Source: an archaeon
GTDB taxonomy: Archaea; Iainarchaeota; Iainarchaeia; Iainarchaeales; CSSED10-239
NCBI GenBank assembly: GCA_037147375.1
Contig: JBAWVI010000023.1
Location: 1 to 10,757, forward strand
Reading direction: 5' to 3'
DNA length: 10,757 nucleotides
Both the position numbers and the translations under genes were made by a program. The stretch's first letter is position 1; each line of letters starts with the position of its first letter. Positions 1 to 7,673 of the stretch are shown piece by piece. Below the pieces are notes generated by a model that saw only the letters and a program-made list of their open reading frames with translations, was not told where the DNA came from and made no database searches.

Positions 1-2
1 CT

Positions 3-185
3 ATGAAATTAATGGAAAGATTTAAAGAATTTATATCTTCATCAAAAAGAATAATCTCAATTTCCCAAAAACCAAGTAAGAAAGAATTTTGGTTAATGGC
101 AAAGATTATTGGTCTAGGTATAATTATTATTGGAGTTATTGGTTTTTTAATTAAATTTACAATGCAATCTATAGGATTTTTTTAA
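3..185 (+). CDS. secE: Preprotein translocase subunit SecE / Sec61-gamma
   Basis: The 60-aa ORF has a basic amphipathic N-terminus (KEFISSSKRIISISQKPSKKEF) and a single C-terminal TM helix (IIGLGIIIIGVIGFLI), which is the archaeal SecE layout. It lies directly upstream of spt5 and rpl11, as in the conserved secE-nusG-rplK cluster. The ATG is 2 nt from the window edge, so a start further upstream cannot be excluded. Confidence 0.85.
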   Translation: MKLMERFKEFISSSKRIISISQKPSKKEFWLMAKIIGLGIIIIGVIGFLIKFTMQSIGFF

Positions 186-216
186 ATGATTTTAGGTTAA
201 GGTAATGTGATATAAT

Positions 217-654
217 ATGATTTTTACAATAAGAACTACAGTTGGACAAGAAAAGGTTATTATTGACATGCTTCATAATAGAGCAAAGCAAGAAGAACTT
301 GAAGTTTATTCCTTAGTTGAAATGGCGGACCTTAAAGGATATATTCTTGTTGAGGCTGATTCAGAAAAGACTGTAGAAATATTAATACATAATGTTCCTC
401 ACATTAAAGGTGGAAAAATAGTTGAAGGAAACATAGATATTAAAGAAATAGCTGGTGTTCTTGAATCTCGTCCACTTATGAGTTCATTAAAACCAGGAAA
501 CACAGTTGAAATAATTTTAGGTCCATTTAAGGGATCACGTGCAAAGATAGTTAGAGTAAATCTTGCAAAGGAAGAGGTTGTTATTGAATTATTTGATGCA
601 ACTGTAAAAATACCAATTTCAATGAAAGCAGAAAACGTTAAGGTTCTAAACTAA
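217..654 (+). CDS. spt5: Transcription elongation factor Spt5 (archaeal NusG; NGN + KOW domains)
   Basis: The translation starts MIFTIRTTVGQEK and contains LKGYILVEA (NGN domain) and VEIILGPFKGSRAKIVRV (KOW motif). It matches archaeal Spt5 (as remembered from Methanocaldococcus) along the full length. A GTGAT SD lies at 207-211, 5 nt before the ATG. Confidence 0.93.
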   Translation: MIFTIRTTVGQEKVIIDMLHNRAKQEELEVYSLVEMADLKGYILVEADSEKTVEILIHNVPHIKGGKIVEGNIDIKEIAGVLESRPLMSSLKPGNTVEIILGPFKGSRAKIVRVNLAKEEVVIELFDATVKIPISMKAENVKVLN

Positions 655-688
655 AAAAGGAAAAATTAAAAAGAAGAGTGATTAAAAT

Positions 689-1153
689 ATGGCACAAACA
701 ATAAAGGTTTTAGTAGACGCAGGACATGCTAATGCAGGTCCACCAATAGGCCCAGCACTTGGTCCAATTGGAGTTAATACAATGAATGTTGTTAACAAGA
801 TAAATGAATTAACAAAAGACTTAGAAGGAATAACTGTTCCAGTTTCAATAATTATTGATAATAATAAGAATTTCACAATTGAAGTTGGTTCACCAATGAC
901 AAGTGCATTAATTAAGAAAGAATTAAGTGCAAAAAAAGGTTCAGGAAAAGCAGGAACTGAAAACATTGGAAACATTTCTTTTGATCAAGTTAAAAAGATT
1001 GCAAGAGCAAAGTATAATCAATTAATTTCAAGAACAGAAAAATCATCAATTCTTGAGGTTCTTGGAACTTGTAGAACAATGGGTGTTACTGTTGATAAAT
1101 TATCAATTAAAGAAGTAACAGCTAAGGTAAAATCAGGGGAATATAAATTATAA
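689..1153 (+). CDS. rpl11: 50S ribosomal protein uL11
   Basis: It carries the hallmark N-terminal motif AGPPIGPALGPIGVN and the C-terminal rRNA-binding region (ILEVLGTCRTMGVTV). It has the expected position after spt5. A GAGTGAT SD lies at 676-682. Confidence 0.95.
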   Translation: MAQTIKVLVDAGHANAGPPIGPALGPIGVNTMNVVNKINELTKDLEGITVPVSIIIDNNKNFTIEVGSPMTSALIKKELSAKKGSGKAGTENIGNISFDQVKKIARAKYNQLISRTEKSSILEVLGTCRTMGVTVDKLSIKEVTAKVKSGEYKL

Positions 1154-1167
1154 ATATTCTTCCTATC

Positions 1168-1181
1168 TTTTTCTTTTTTTT
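1168..1181 (+). terminator. Oligo-T tract (T5-C-T8), archaeal intrinsic terminator for the secE-spt5-rpl11 unit
   Basis: The sequence tttttctttttttt starts 15 nt after the rpl11 stop codon (1151-1153). Archaeal RNA polymerase terminates at runs of five or more T. Confidence 0.55.
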
Positions 1182-1199
1182 CTAATTTTAATAAATCTT

Positions 1200-1229
1200 A
1201 TCTATTTTTTAAGAAAAGAATAGATTTTT
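1200..1229 (+). terminator. 11-bp hairpin followed by T5 (terminator-like stem-loop or operator)
   Basis: In atctatttttt-aaga-aaaagaatagat, positions 1200-1210 pair with 1216-1226... more exactly 1200-1225 fold as 10 Watson-Crick pairs plus 1 G-U pair around a 4-nt loop. The hairpin runs straight into ttttt (1225-1229). It lies between the oligo-T terminator and the AT-rich promoter region of the next gene. Confidence 0.35.
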
Positions 1230-1285
1230 ATATGCTTTTGATATTATATCTAATAACAAAAATATATTTTACGAGGGGATATTAG

Positions 1286-1795
1286 ATGAGATTTAAGATA
1301 TTTATTATACTTATATTATTAACTTTCTTTTTACCAATTGTTCAAGCAGCTTATGCAGATTTTGGGATTAATGAGCTAATTGTTCCACAATCAATTAAGG
1401 AAGGAGAAGATCTTAATTACACTATAGTCCTTTCAAATAATTCTGGCGCAGGTTCTGTAGACGTAACTGTATGGATTTTACCGCCTACAGGAACATCAAT
1501 AAATATAGGTACTATATCACGTGCTGTCCCTGCAAATGGTACTGCAGACTTTAATGTAACAATAGATGACCCTTCAGTTGTTGATTTTGTAAATTCAAAT
1601 AACCCTTATTCAATTTATGCAACAATTCCAACAGAACCAAATGGAAATATTGCAAATAATGCTTATACTAAGTATTTTACTGTAAGAAAAGCAAGTAAAA
1701 AAATACCTGTTCCTGATATGCCTATAGTTCTTGGAATGGTTCTTGCAATCTCAATTGTGTTTATCTTAGCAAGAGATAATAAAAATAAAAAATAA
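1286..1795 (+). CDS. Secreted, C-terminally anchored surface protein with a CARDB-like Ig-fold domain
   Basis: A GAGGGG SD (1273-1278) lies 7 nt before the ATG. The signal peptide is MRFKIFIILILLTFFLPIVQAAYA. The single-domain body matches the CARDB pattern (KEGEDLNYTIVLSNNSGAGSVDVTVWI ... EPNGNIANNAYTKYFTV). It has four N-x-S/T sequons. The C-terminus is PVPDMP, then a TM helix (IVLGMVLAISIVFILA), then a basic tail (RDNKNKK). Confidence 0.6.
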   Translation: MRFKIFIILILLTFFLPIVQAAYADFGINELIVPQSIKEGEDLNYTIVLSNNSGAGSVDVTVWILPPTGTSINIGTISRAVPANGTADFNVTIDDPSVVDFVNSNNPYSIYATIPTEPNGNIANNAYTKYFTVRKASKKIPVPDMPIVLGMVLAISIVFILARDNKNKK

Positions 1796-1809
1796 AGAAT
1801 AGATGAATT

Positions 1810-2724
1810 ATGGAACAAGAAATCATACAAAAGCACATCTTAGCTGGTGAAATTAATCATAATGCACAAAAGCTTGCAAAAAAACTAATTAAACCTGGAG
1901 TTAACTTGTTTGAAGTTGGAGAAAAAATTAATTCTTTTATTTTAGAAAACAAGGGAGTTCCTGCTTGGCCAGTTAACTTATCTATTAACCATGAAGCAGC
2001 ACATAATACCTATAATCCTGAAAAACAATATATTCTAAAGGAAGAAGATATTCTAAAAGTTGATATTGGAGTTTCAATTGATGGTTATTTATCTGATTCA
2101 GCTATAACAATTATATTTTCAAAGAAGCATGAAACATTAAAAGAAGCTAGTGATAAAGCACTTGCAAATTCAAAAAAGTTCTTGCAAGAGAACACAAAGA
2201 CAGCTACTATTTCAGACATAGGTACTGTGATTGAAAACACAATTAGATCTTATAATTTCAAACCAATAATTAATTTAACAGGACATGTTCTTGGTCATTA
2301 TCATGTACATGATTATCCTTCAATTCCAAATGTTAAGAATGGACTTAAGATTAAGTTTTCTGAAATTGATAAAGCATTTGCGCTTGAACCTTTTTCATCA
2401 ACTGGAGATGGGTATGTTAATGAAGGAGATGAAGTACTTATCTTTGAGCATATTGATGATAGACCACTAAGAAACAAAGAAGCTAAGCTACTCTTAGAAG
2501 AAATTAAAAGATATAATGGTCTTCCATTTTCTGAAGTTTGGATAGGAAAAGGAATGGATAGTTTTTCAAAAAAGTTTGCATTAAGAGAATTATTAAAATC
2601 AGAAGCAATAGCATCATATCCAGTCTTAGTTGATAAGAAAGGAAGCTTTGTAAGCCAAGCAGAAACAAGTTTTGTAATTACAAAGGACGGATTAATTGAT
2701 TTGGTGAAAGTTGATGAACTTTAA
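1810..2724 (+). CDS. map: Methionine aminopeptidase, type 2 (archaeal MetAP)
   Basis: It resembles archaeal MetAP (as remembered from Pyrococcus) along the full length: PAWPVNLSINHEAAH, LKVDIGVSIDGYLSDSA, NLTGH, FALEPFSS, GLPFS, YPVL, SQAETSF. All five metal ligands (D, D, H, E, E) appear to be present. Confidence 0.93.
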   Translation: MEQEIIQKHILAGEINHNAQKLAKKLIKPGVNLFEVGEKINSFILENKGVPAWPVNLSINHEAAHNTYNPEKQYILKEEDILKVDIGVSIDGYLSDSAITIIFSKKHETLKEASDKALANSKKFLQENTKTATISDIGTVIENTIRSYNFKPIINLTGHVLGHYHVHDYPSIPNVKNGLKIKFSEIDKAFALEPFSSTGDGYVNEGDEVLIFEHIDDRPLRNKEAKLLLEEIKRYNGLPFSEVWIGKGMDSFSKKFALRELLKSEAIASYPVLVDKKGSFVSQAETSFVITKDGLIDLVKVDEL

Positions 2725-3700
2725 GGAAGATTTCTTAAGTAAACAAAGCATACTTAAATTGCTTTTAATAGTTATATCAATGTTAATCTGGATTTACTTT
2801 TACACTGCATCTAAAGTTTCATTAAGCATATTAATTGTGTTTGACTTACCATCAATTATGAATACTTTTGTTACACTTAATTTTGGTCTTTTCTTACTTT
2901 TATTTCCAATAACCTCTTGTATTGTTATTGCATTATCTAAAGGTAAAGATCTTTTGCTTGATATCTTGCAAGTTTCTATAGGTATTGTTATAGGTCTCTT
3001 GTTTGGATTAATAATATTTGGGCTTGGAACAGGTTTCTTACTATTTGGATTATTTTATTTAGTATCTCATATAATTTTAGAAGTATTAACACATCATAAG
3101 TTTAAAGAAAAAGAAAAAAGAAAATTATTTTCAGTAAATAATTATGCAACTTCAAAGATTAGTATCTTACTTACAGTAACCTTGCTTGTTGTTACTATGA
3201 TTATTATTTATCCACATCAACAAGAATCAGCACAATCAATGGAAGCTGGAATTGTAAATATGTTTGTTGGAGATGACTTAAGTAATTGGCTTGGAACATC
3301 ATACAACATAAGTAAAATTAGTACTAAATCCGCAATTGATTATATTATGTCAACTCCTGAATATAAGGGGTTATCAACAGTAAATGATGCAAAGGTAGAT
3401 AAGTTTACTGAATTTATGAGTAATCAAGCATCTGAGCTTGAAAAACCAACAACTGAAAAGGATGTAAAACTAGCATACGCTAATCTTACTGATGTGAAAT
3501 TAAAACAACAAATACTAGAAACTATTCGTGCAATTCCATTACTTGTAATTGTTGAAGAATACTTTGCATTTGTGTTTGCTTTGTTACTTGCATCACTTGC
3601 TCAATTATACTTTTCAATTGCATTTTCACTTCTTGGTATTCTTTATGTTTATATATTTTATAAATTGTTTTCAGTAGATGATGATGAGGAAAATAAGTGA
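2714..3700 (+). CDS. Polytopic membrane protein of unknown function (about 7-8 TM helices, about 115-aa extracytoplasmic loop domain)
   Basis: The ORF track starts at TTG 2711, but the adjacent ATG at 2714 is the more likely start. Either start overlaps the map stop codon (2722-2724). Several N-terminal TM helices are followed by a basic loop (HHKFKEKEKRK) and another TM helix. Next comes a soluble domain with N-x-S/T sequons (NIS, NLT), then two C-terminal TM helices and an acidic tail (SVDDDEENK). I recognise no family. Confidence 0.7.
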   Translation: MNFKEDFLSKQSILKLLLIVISMLIWIYFYTASKVSLSILIVFDLPSIMNTFVTLNFGLFLLLFPITSCIVIALSKGKDLLLDILQVSIGIVIGLLFGLIIFGLGTGFLLFGLFYLVSHIILEVLTHHKFKEKEKRKLFSVNNYATSKISILLTVTLLVVTMIIIYPHQQESAQSMEAGIVNMFVGDDLSNWLGTSYNISKISTKSAIDYIMSTPEYKGLSTVNDAKVDKFTEFMSNQASELEKPTTEKDVKLAYANLTDVKLKQQILETIRAIPLLVIVEEYFAFVFALLLASLAQLYFSIAFSLLGILYVYIFYKLFSVDDDEENK

Positions 3701-3706
3701 AATTAA

Positions 3707-5026
3707 ATGAAATTAATTAACTATGCATTAATAATAATTGGATTATTATTTTTTGGGTCACAAATACATGCTATCTCTTTATTTAATGCACAAGACGTTT
3801 CTAAGAATTATTTACAAACAAATGAAATGATTGATGCATTTTCTCAAGGAAGCATAACTTGTGATAAAAACACATACTTTGTAATTCCAATTATCTCAAA
3901 CTCAAATGATCTTTCGTTCTTTGTTATAATTTCAGAAAAAGATGGACTTGTTTATTCAACAAAAGATGAAACAACTGCAATTAGTTTATTAAAATCAGAA
4001 TATATCTTAAGATCTTTGTATTATTCTAATAACACAAATTATTTATCAACTCAATTGTTTGATAGAATGGATAGATTAATTTCTTTGCTTGATTCTAAAA
4101 AATCTAGACTTGAAGGATTAATTGCTGCAAGCTATCCATATGATGTTAAAACAGAGATAACAAGCACAAAAAACAAGCTTGTTACTTTAAATACTTCACT
4201 TGAAACTTTAAAAACAAACTTGAAGGAAATGTATGATCTTCAACAAGCATTTGTTTATTCTCCTAATTGCTCAAGTCTTGGAACACTTACAAGCAAGTTT
4301 AGTTCTGCATTTATAGGATACTCTGAAATTTCTAAGCAATCACTTGATTATCTTGATGCAACAGATACTGCTACAAAGGTTGTTGTTGCAAGCACACAAT
4401 TATCTGATGAAGATAAGAGAAGTATATTAGGTTTTATAACTCCACCAAGTAGTTTAAACTCAGAAGTTACATTTATTTACGATTCATTATCTTCAACAAA
4501 CAAGTTTTATTCAGACATTGTTGTAACTATAAGTAACACAACTAATAACAAAGGTTTAATGCTTTATTATAATAATTTTATATCAAGACAAGACTATGTA
4601 ACTGCAAAATCTATGTTATATGATTTTGATTCTGATTTCCCAAAGTATAATAGCCTTGATAGCGTTTTACAAGTAATTGTGGATCCAGAAAACATGGTTT
4701 ATTGGAAAGCACAAGAAGATGCAGATGCAATTACTTCTGAGTACACAATTATTAAGGAACAATACACAAAGGGCCAGTATAAGGATGTAATTAATAAAAT
4801 TAAATCAATTAGAACAAAAGCAAAGAACGTACTTTCTGAAGGATATGTTATTTATGAAGAAAAAACAAGCACCCTTTACTATTGGTTTGCAGGAAGTATA
4901 GCTTTTATTATAATAATTATAATAATTGCAAGAAAGATTAATGCTAAGAATTTAAAAAATAAAGGAAAAAAAGAAAGAAACAAAGATGATTTTTTAGAAT
5001 CAAGCGATGATTCTCTTTTTGGTTAA
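3707..5026 (+). CDS. Type-I membrane-anchored surface glycoprotein, unknown function
   Basis: It starts 7 nt after the preceding stop. The signal peptide is MKLINYALIIIGLLFFGSQIHA. The ectodomain of about 380 aa is Ser/Thr/Asn-rich, with helical heptad-like stretches (LISLLDSKKSRLEGLI ... LVTLNTSLETLKTNLKEMYDLQQ) and at least four sequons (NNT, NTS, NCS, NTT). The C-terminus is a TM helix (FAGSIAFIIIIIIIA) followed by a Lys-rich cytoplasmic tail. Confidence 0.7.
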   Translation: MKLINYALIIIGLLFFGSQIHAISLFNAQDVSKNYLQTNEMIDAFSQGSITCDKNTYFVIPIISNSNDLSFFVIISEKDGLVYSTKDETTAISLLKSEYILRSLYYSNNTNYLSTQLFDRMDRLISLLDSKKSRLEGLIAASYPYDVKTEITSTKNKLVTLNTSLETLKTNLKEMYDLQQAFVYSPNCSSLGTLTSKFSSAFIGYSEISKQSLDYLDATDTATKVVVASTQLSDEDKRSILGFITPPSSLNSEVTFIYDSLSSTNKFYSDIVVTISNTTNNKGLMLYYNNFISRQDYVTAKSMLYDFDSDFPKYNSLDSVLQVIVDPENMVYWKAQEDADAITSEYTIIKEQYTKGQYKDVINKIKSIRTKAKNVLSEGYVIYEEKTSTLYYWFAGSIAFIIIIIIIARKINAKNLKNKGKKERNKDDFLESSDDSLFG

Positions 5027-5035
5027 ATCATCTTA

Positions 5036-5048
5036 TTTTTAAAAAAAA
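5036..5048. terminator. Bidirectional oligo-T terminator between convergent genes
   Basis: The sequence tttttaaaaaaaa gives T5 on the + strand (10 nt after the 3707-5026 stop) and T8 on the - strand (12 nt after the ATPase stop at 5061). Confidence 0.45.
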
Positions 5049-5060
5049 GGAAAATAAAAT

Positions 5061-7295
5061 TTATTCTATTTTTATAGCTTCTGTTGCTTTGTAATTGTTA
5101 AGTGCAATCTTAAATGCAACATAATCCTTTGGAGGATTCTTACACAACGTATCTATGAAATTCTTTCTTGCTGTAATTAGAGCAAGTAAAGAATTTGGCT
5201 CAATATTATGTTCTCTTGAAATATCCTTAAGTAAATCTGAATTGTAAATTATTGGAAGTTTTGTAGTAAATAAGTCTCCTTCTTTTTGTTCAGGTTCTTT
5301 CTCATAAGATTTATAGATTGCATTATATTCAACCTTTCTTGTTTTAACATTAAACCCACGTATTTCATCAAGTTCCTTAATCTCTCTGTTTGTTTCATTA
5401 CTCCCTTTAAACCCAGTAACTATAACAATATCAAGACAAGTTAATAGTGATGGATCAAGTGAGATAGGTGGTGTAGTTAGTCTTGTTACTAAACTTTCTA
5501 CGCTTTTTGAGTGCACAGTAGATAAGGAACAGTGACCAGATGCCATACCCTGGAACATTAAAGACATTTCCTCACCTCTTACTTCACCTAAGATTAAGTA
5601 ATCAGGTCTTTGTCTGAATGATTCCTTTAAAAGATCAAGCATTGTTACTTCACCATATTTTTTACCACCAGAGTCAGGTGGACCAAAACCAGGTCTTGTA
5701 ATCTGTGGAATCCAGTTTTCCATTAATAAATTAATTTCTCTAGTGTCTTCAATTGAAACTACTCTTTGTGCTGGTGCAATAAATGATGATATTACGTTAA
5801 GTAAAGTTGTTTTTCCACCAGCAGTTGGTCCAATTAATACCATGTTCTTTTTAAATTCAAGAGCTGTCCATAAATAAGATGCAATTGTTGAATTAAGTGT
5901 ACCTGAGTTTATTAAATCAATTGCTGTTAATGGCTTTTGTGGAAACTTTCTGATTGTAAATGTTGGACCTCTAGTTGATACATTGCTTGTTAAGGTTGCA
6001 TTAACACGAGAACCATCTGGTAGTATTGCATCAAGTAATGGAGATGCATATGAAACATAACTTTTAGAAAGGTGTGCCATCTTAATTATAAATTGTTGTA
6101 ATTCCTTTTCAGTATCAAATTGTACGTTTGTAACTATGTGTCCATATTTACGATGAACAATAAAGATAGGTATTCCAATTCCATTACATTCAATATCTTC
6201 AATTAAAGTGTCGTGCATTAATGCTTCAATTCTATCAAGTCCATTAACTTGTCTAATTATATAGTATACAATTTTATTTTTTTGTAAGTTATCCATTCTA
6301 ATTTTATTTTTTGTAAATAATTTTTCAATCATTTCATAAATTTGACCTTCGTTTGTAAGATCAGCAATTGAAATTTTATTAATTAAAGAAGTTTTTGTTT
6401 CTTCTAATACCTTTGCTTCTTCTTTTGTTAATTCAGGTTCAGCAACAGTATATCTTTTTGCAGTGTTTCCCATTTCTTGGATAAATGCATATGCAAATCC
6501 AGGAATTAAAATTTGATAGTTTTCTGGAAGTAAATCTTTAGGCACTTCAAACTCTGGAGTTTGTACAATAATGTCTGATCTAAGTACTGGCTTTTCTGTT
6601 TCTACTGGTTTGTTTTTTATAAATAAATCATTAAGACTATTAAATACAGAACTATTTTTGTTTTCAGTTACTTGTACTTTCTTTTCAACTCTTGGAATAT
6701 CTGGGCTAACTGTTTTTGGACTAATAATTGGTTCTGTAATAACGTTTGGTTTATTTGTTTCCTCTCTTTGGCTCGCCTTGCTTGTTGACATAATTATTTG
6801 AGCTGTTGGTATTTCTTTAGGTTTTTCAACTATGATTGCAGGCTCTGGCTTAACTACAACAGTAGTAACAGGAATTTTACTCTTAGGTGTTTCTTGTACA
6901 ATAGGAGTAATTTGTTTTTGTACTTCTTCCTTTTGCTTTGTTTCTCCAGGAATAGTTGATTTAAGTTTCTTACCACTTAACATTTTTAATAAACCACTAC
7001 TTCTATTCTTGAGCTTGTATTTCTTAACCCCAATAATTCCAAAGTCTGTTGAAATTTCTATAAGTAGTTTATTATAATTAATAAGCTCTGTAATTATTTT
7101 AGTATCAAGTAATTTAGAATTAGTTAATAAGTTTTTGGTTTTGAGAGAAGTATATGCATCTTTTTCAGAAATCTTCTTATTAATTAGTTTTTTAAAGATT
7201 TCATAATCTTCTTTATTTCTAGTTGCTTCTAAAGTCTTTAGATATCCTATGCTCTTGATAAATTCCTTTAGTTTTTCGCTTTTGGGAAACTGCAT
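5061..7295 (-). CDS. Type IV pilus / archaellum-type secretion ATPase (FlaI/PilB/TadA, T2SSE family) with a long N-terminal extension
   Basis: Residues about 256-744 match archaeal FlaI-type ATPases. The motifs are YTVAEPE, Walker A GPTAGGKTT (aa 489-497; aa 489-496 = nt 5808-5831), Asp box RVVSIEDTREI, Walker B RPDYLILGEVRGEE and His box GHCSLSTVHS, plus the typical C-terminal helical region. Residues 1-255 are additional (see findings). Confidence 0.93.
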   Translation of the reverse strand: MQFPKSEKLKEFIKSIGYLKTLEATRNKEDYEIFKKLINKKISEKDAYTSLKTKNLLTNSKLLDTKIITELINYNKLLIEISTDFGIIGVKKYKLKNRSSGLLKMLSGKKLKSTIPGETKQKEEVQKQITPIVQETPKSKIPVTTVVVKPEPAIIVEKPKEIPTAQIIMSTSKASQREETNKPNVITEPIISPKTVSPDIPRVEKKVQVTENKNSSVFNSLNDLFIKNKPVETEKPVLRSDIIVQTPEFEVPKDLLPENYQILIPGFAYAFIQEMGNTAKRYTVAEPELTKEEAKVLEETKTSLINKISIADLTNEGQIYEMIEKLFTKNKIRMDNLQKNKIVYYIIRQVNGLDRIEALMHDTLIEDIECNGIGIPIFIVHRKYGHIVTNVQFDTEKELQQFIIKMAHLSKSYVSYASPLLDAILPDGSRVNATLTSNVSTRGPTFTIRKFPQKPLTAIDLINSGTLNSTIASYLWTALEFKKNMVLIGPTAGGKTTLLNVISSFIAPAQRVVSIEDTREINLLMENWIPQITRPGFGPPDSGGKKYGEVTMLDLLKESFRQRPDYLILGEVRGEEMSLMFQGMASGHCSLSTVHSKSVESLVTRLTTPPISLDPSLLTCLDIVIVTGFKGSNETNREIKELDEIRGFNVKTRKVEYNAIYKSYEKEPEQKEGDLFTTKLPIIYNSDLLKDISREHNIEPNSLLALITARKNFIDTLCKNPPKDYVAFKIALNNYKATEAIKIE

Positions 7296-7319
7296 ATTCT
7301 CTCATTCTTTCCCATATTT

Positions 7320-7673
7320 TTATTTTTTAATATCCTCAACAATTTCAGATGCGTCTTCTATATCTGTTTTCTGATTGTAAGCGTCTTTGAGTAAGTTTAA
7401 GTTATCACTTATTGTGTTTACGCATTCAGCAACTTCATTCCAAATCTTTTTTCTTTTATTTGTGTTTTCTTCAAGATTCTTTTGATTAAGTTCTTGCATA
7501 GTTGCATAAGTAAACTTTGTAATTGTATCAGCTTTTAGCTTTTCTTTTGCTCTTTTAATTTCGTCATCAATTTTTTCCTTTTGATCTTCGAAAGTTCTAA
7601 GCATTTCAAGCTTTGCTGTAATATCATTACTTCTGTTTTCAATAACATCTAAAAGTCCTATTATATCTACCAT
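7320..7673 (-). CDS. Small cytoplasmic coiled-coil protein, unknown function
   Basis: The ORF track begins at GTG 7682. The ATG at 7673 is preceded by AAAAAAAGGTGTATTTT, a GGTG SD (7680-7683, minus strand) with a 6-nt spacer, so the GTG would sit inside the SD. The 117-aa product is highly charged (K/E/D-rich), has no TM helix or signal peptide, and is helical with heptad-like character throughout. It stops 24 nt upstream of the ATPase start. Confidence 0.7.
   Translation of the reverse strand: MVDIIGLLDVIENRSNDITAKLEMLRTFEDQKEKIDDEIKRAKEKLKADTITKFTYATMQELNQKNLEENTNKRKKIWNEVAECVNTISDNLNLLKDAYNQKTDIEDASEIVEDIKK

Noticed and set aside
682-975. 97-aa minus-strand ORF in the ORF track
   Set aside because: It lies entirely antisense to the clearly real rpl11 gene. 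Its hydrophobic, low-complexity translation is a by-product of the opposite-strand coding sequence, and it has no SD or promoter.
1753-1795. Calling the C-terminus of the CARDB-like protein a bona fide VPXXXP-CTERM archaeosortase signal
   Set aside because: The actual sequence is V-P-D-M-P, with two residues between the prolines instead of three. No archaeosortase gene is in the window. It is kept only as a low-confidence hypothesis in the findings.
2285-2470. 61-aa + strand ORF in an alternative frame
   Set aside because: It is nested within the methionine aminopeptidase gene in a different frame. The Met/Leu/Ile-rich product looks like nonsense and has no translation signals.
2711-3700. 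Possibility that the 329-aa polytopic protein is the missing FlaJ/TadC/PilC-type platform for the nearby ATPase
   Set aside because: It is on the opposite strand in a different transcription unit. By the positive-inside rule (basic loop HHKFKEKEKRK before the fifth helix), its large soluble domain is extracytoplasmic and carries N-glycosylation sequons. T2SSF platform domains are cytoplasmic helical bundles. I saw no T2SSF-like motifs. This remains testable by HMM search.
6571-7077. Two + strand ORFs (6571-6801 and 6832-7077) with TM-like hydrophobic translations
   Set aside because: Both are antisense to the ATPase N-terminal extension and linker. The reverse complement of Lys/Glu/Pro/Thr-rich coding sequence gives Phe/Leu/Gly/Val-rich frames without stops. 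There are no start signals, and the ATPase frame is continuous through the region.
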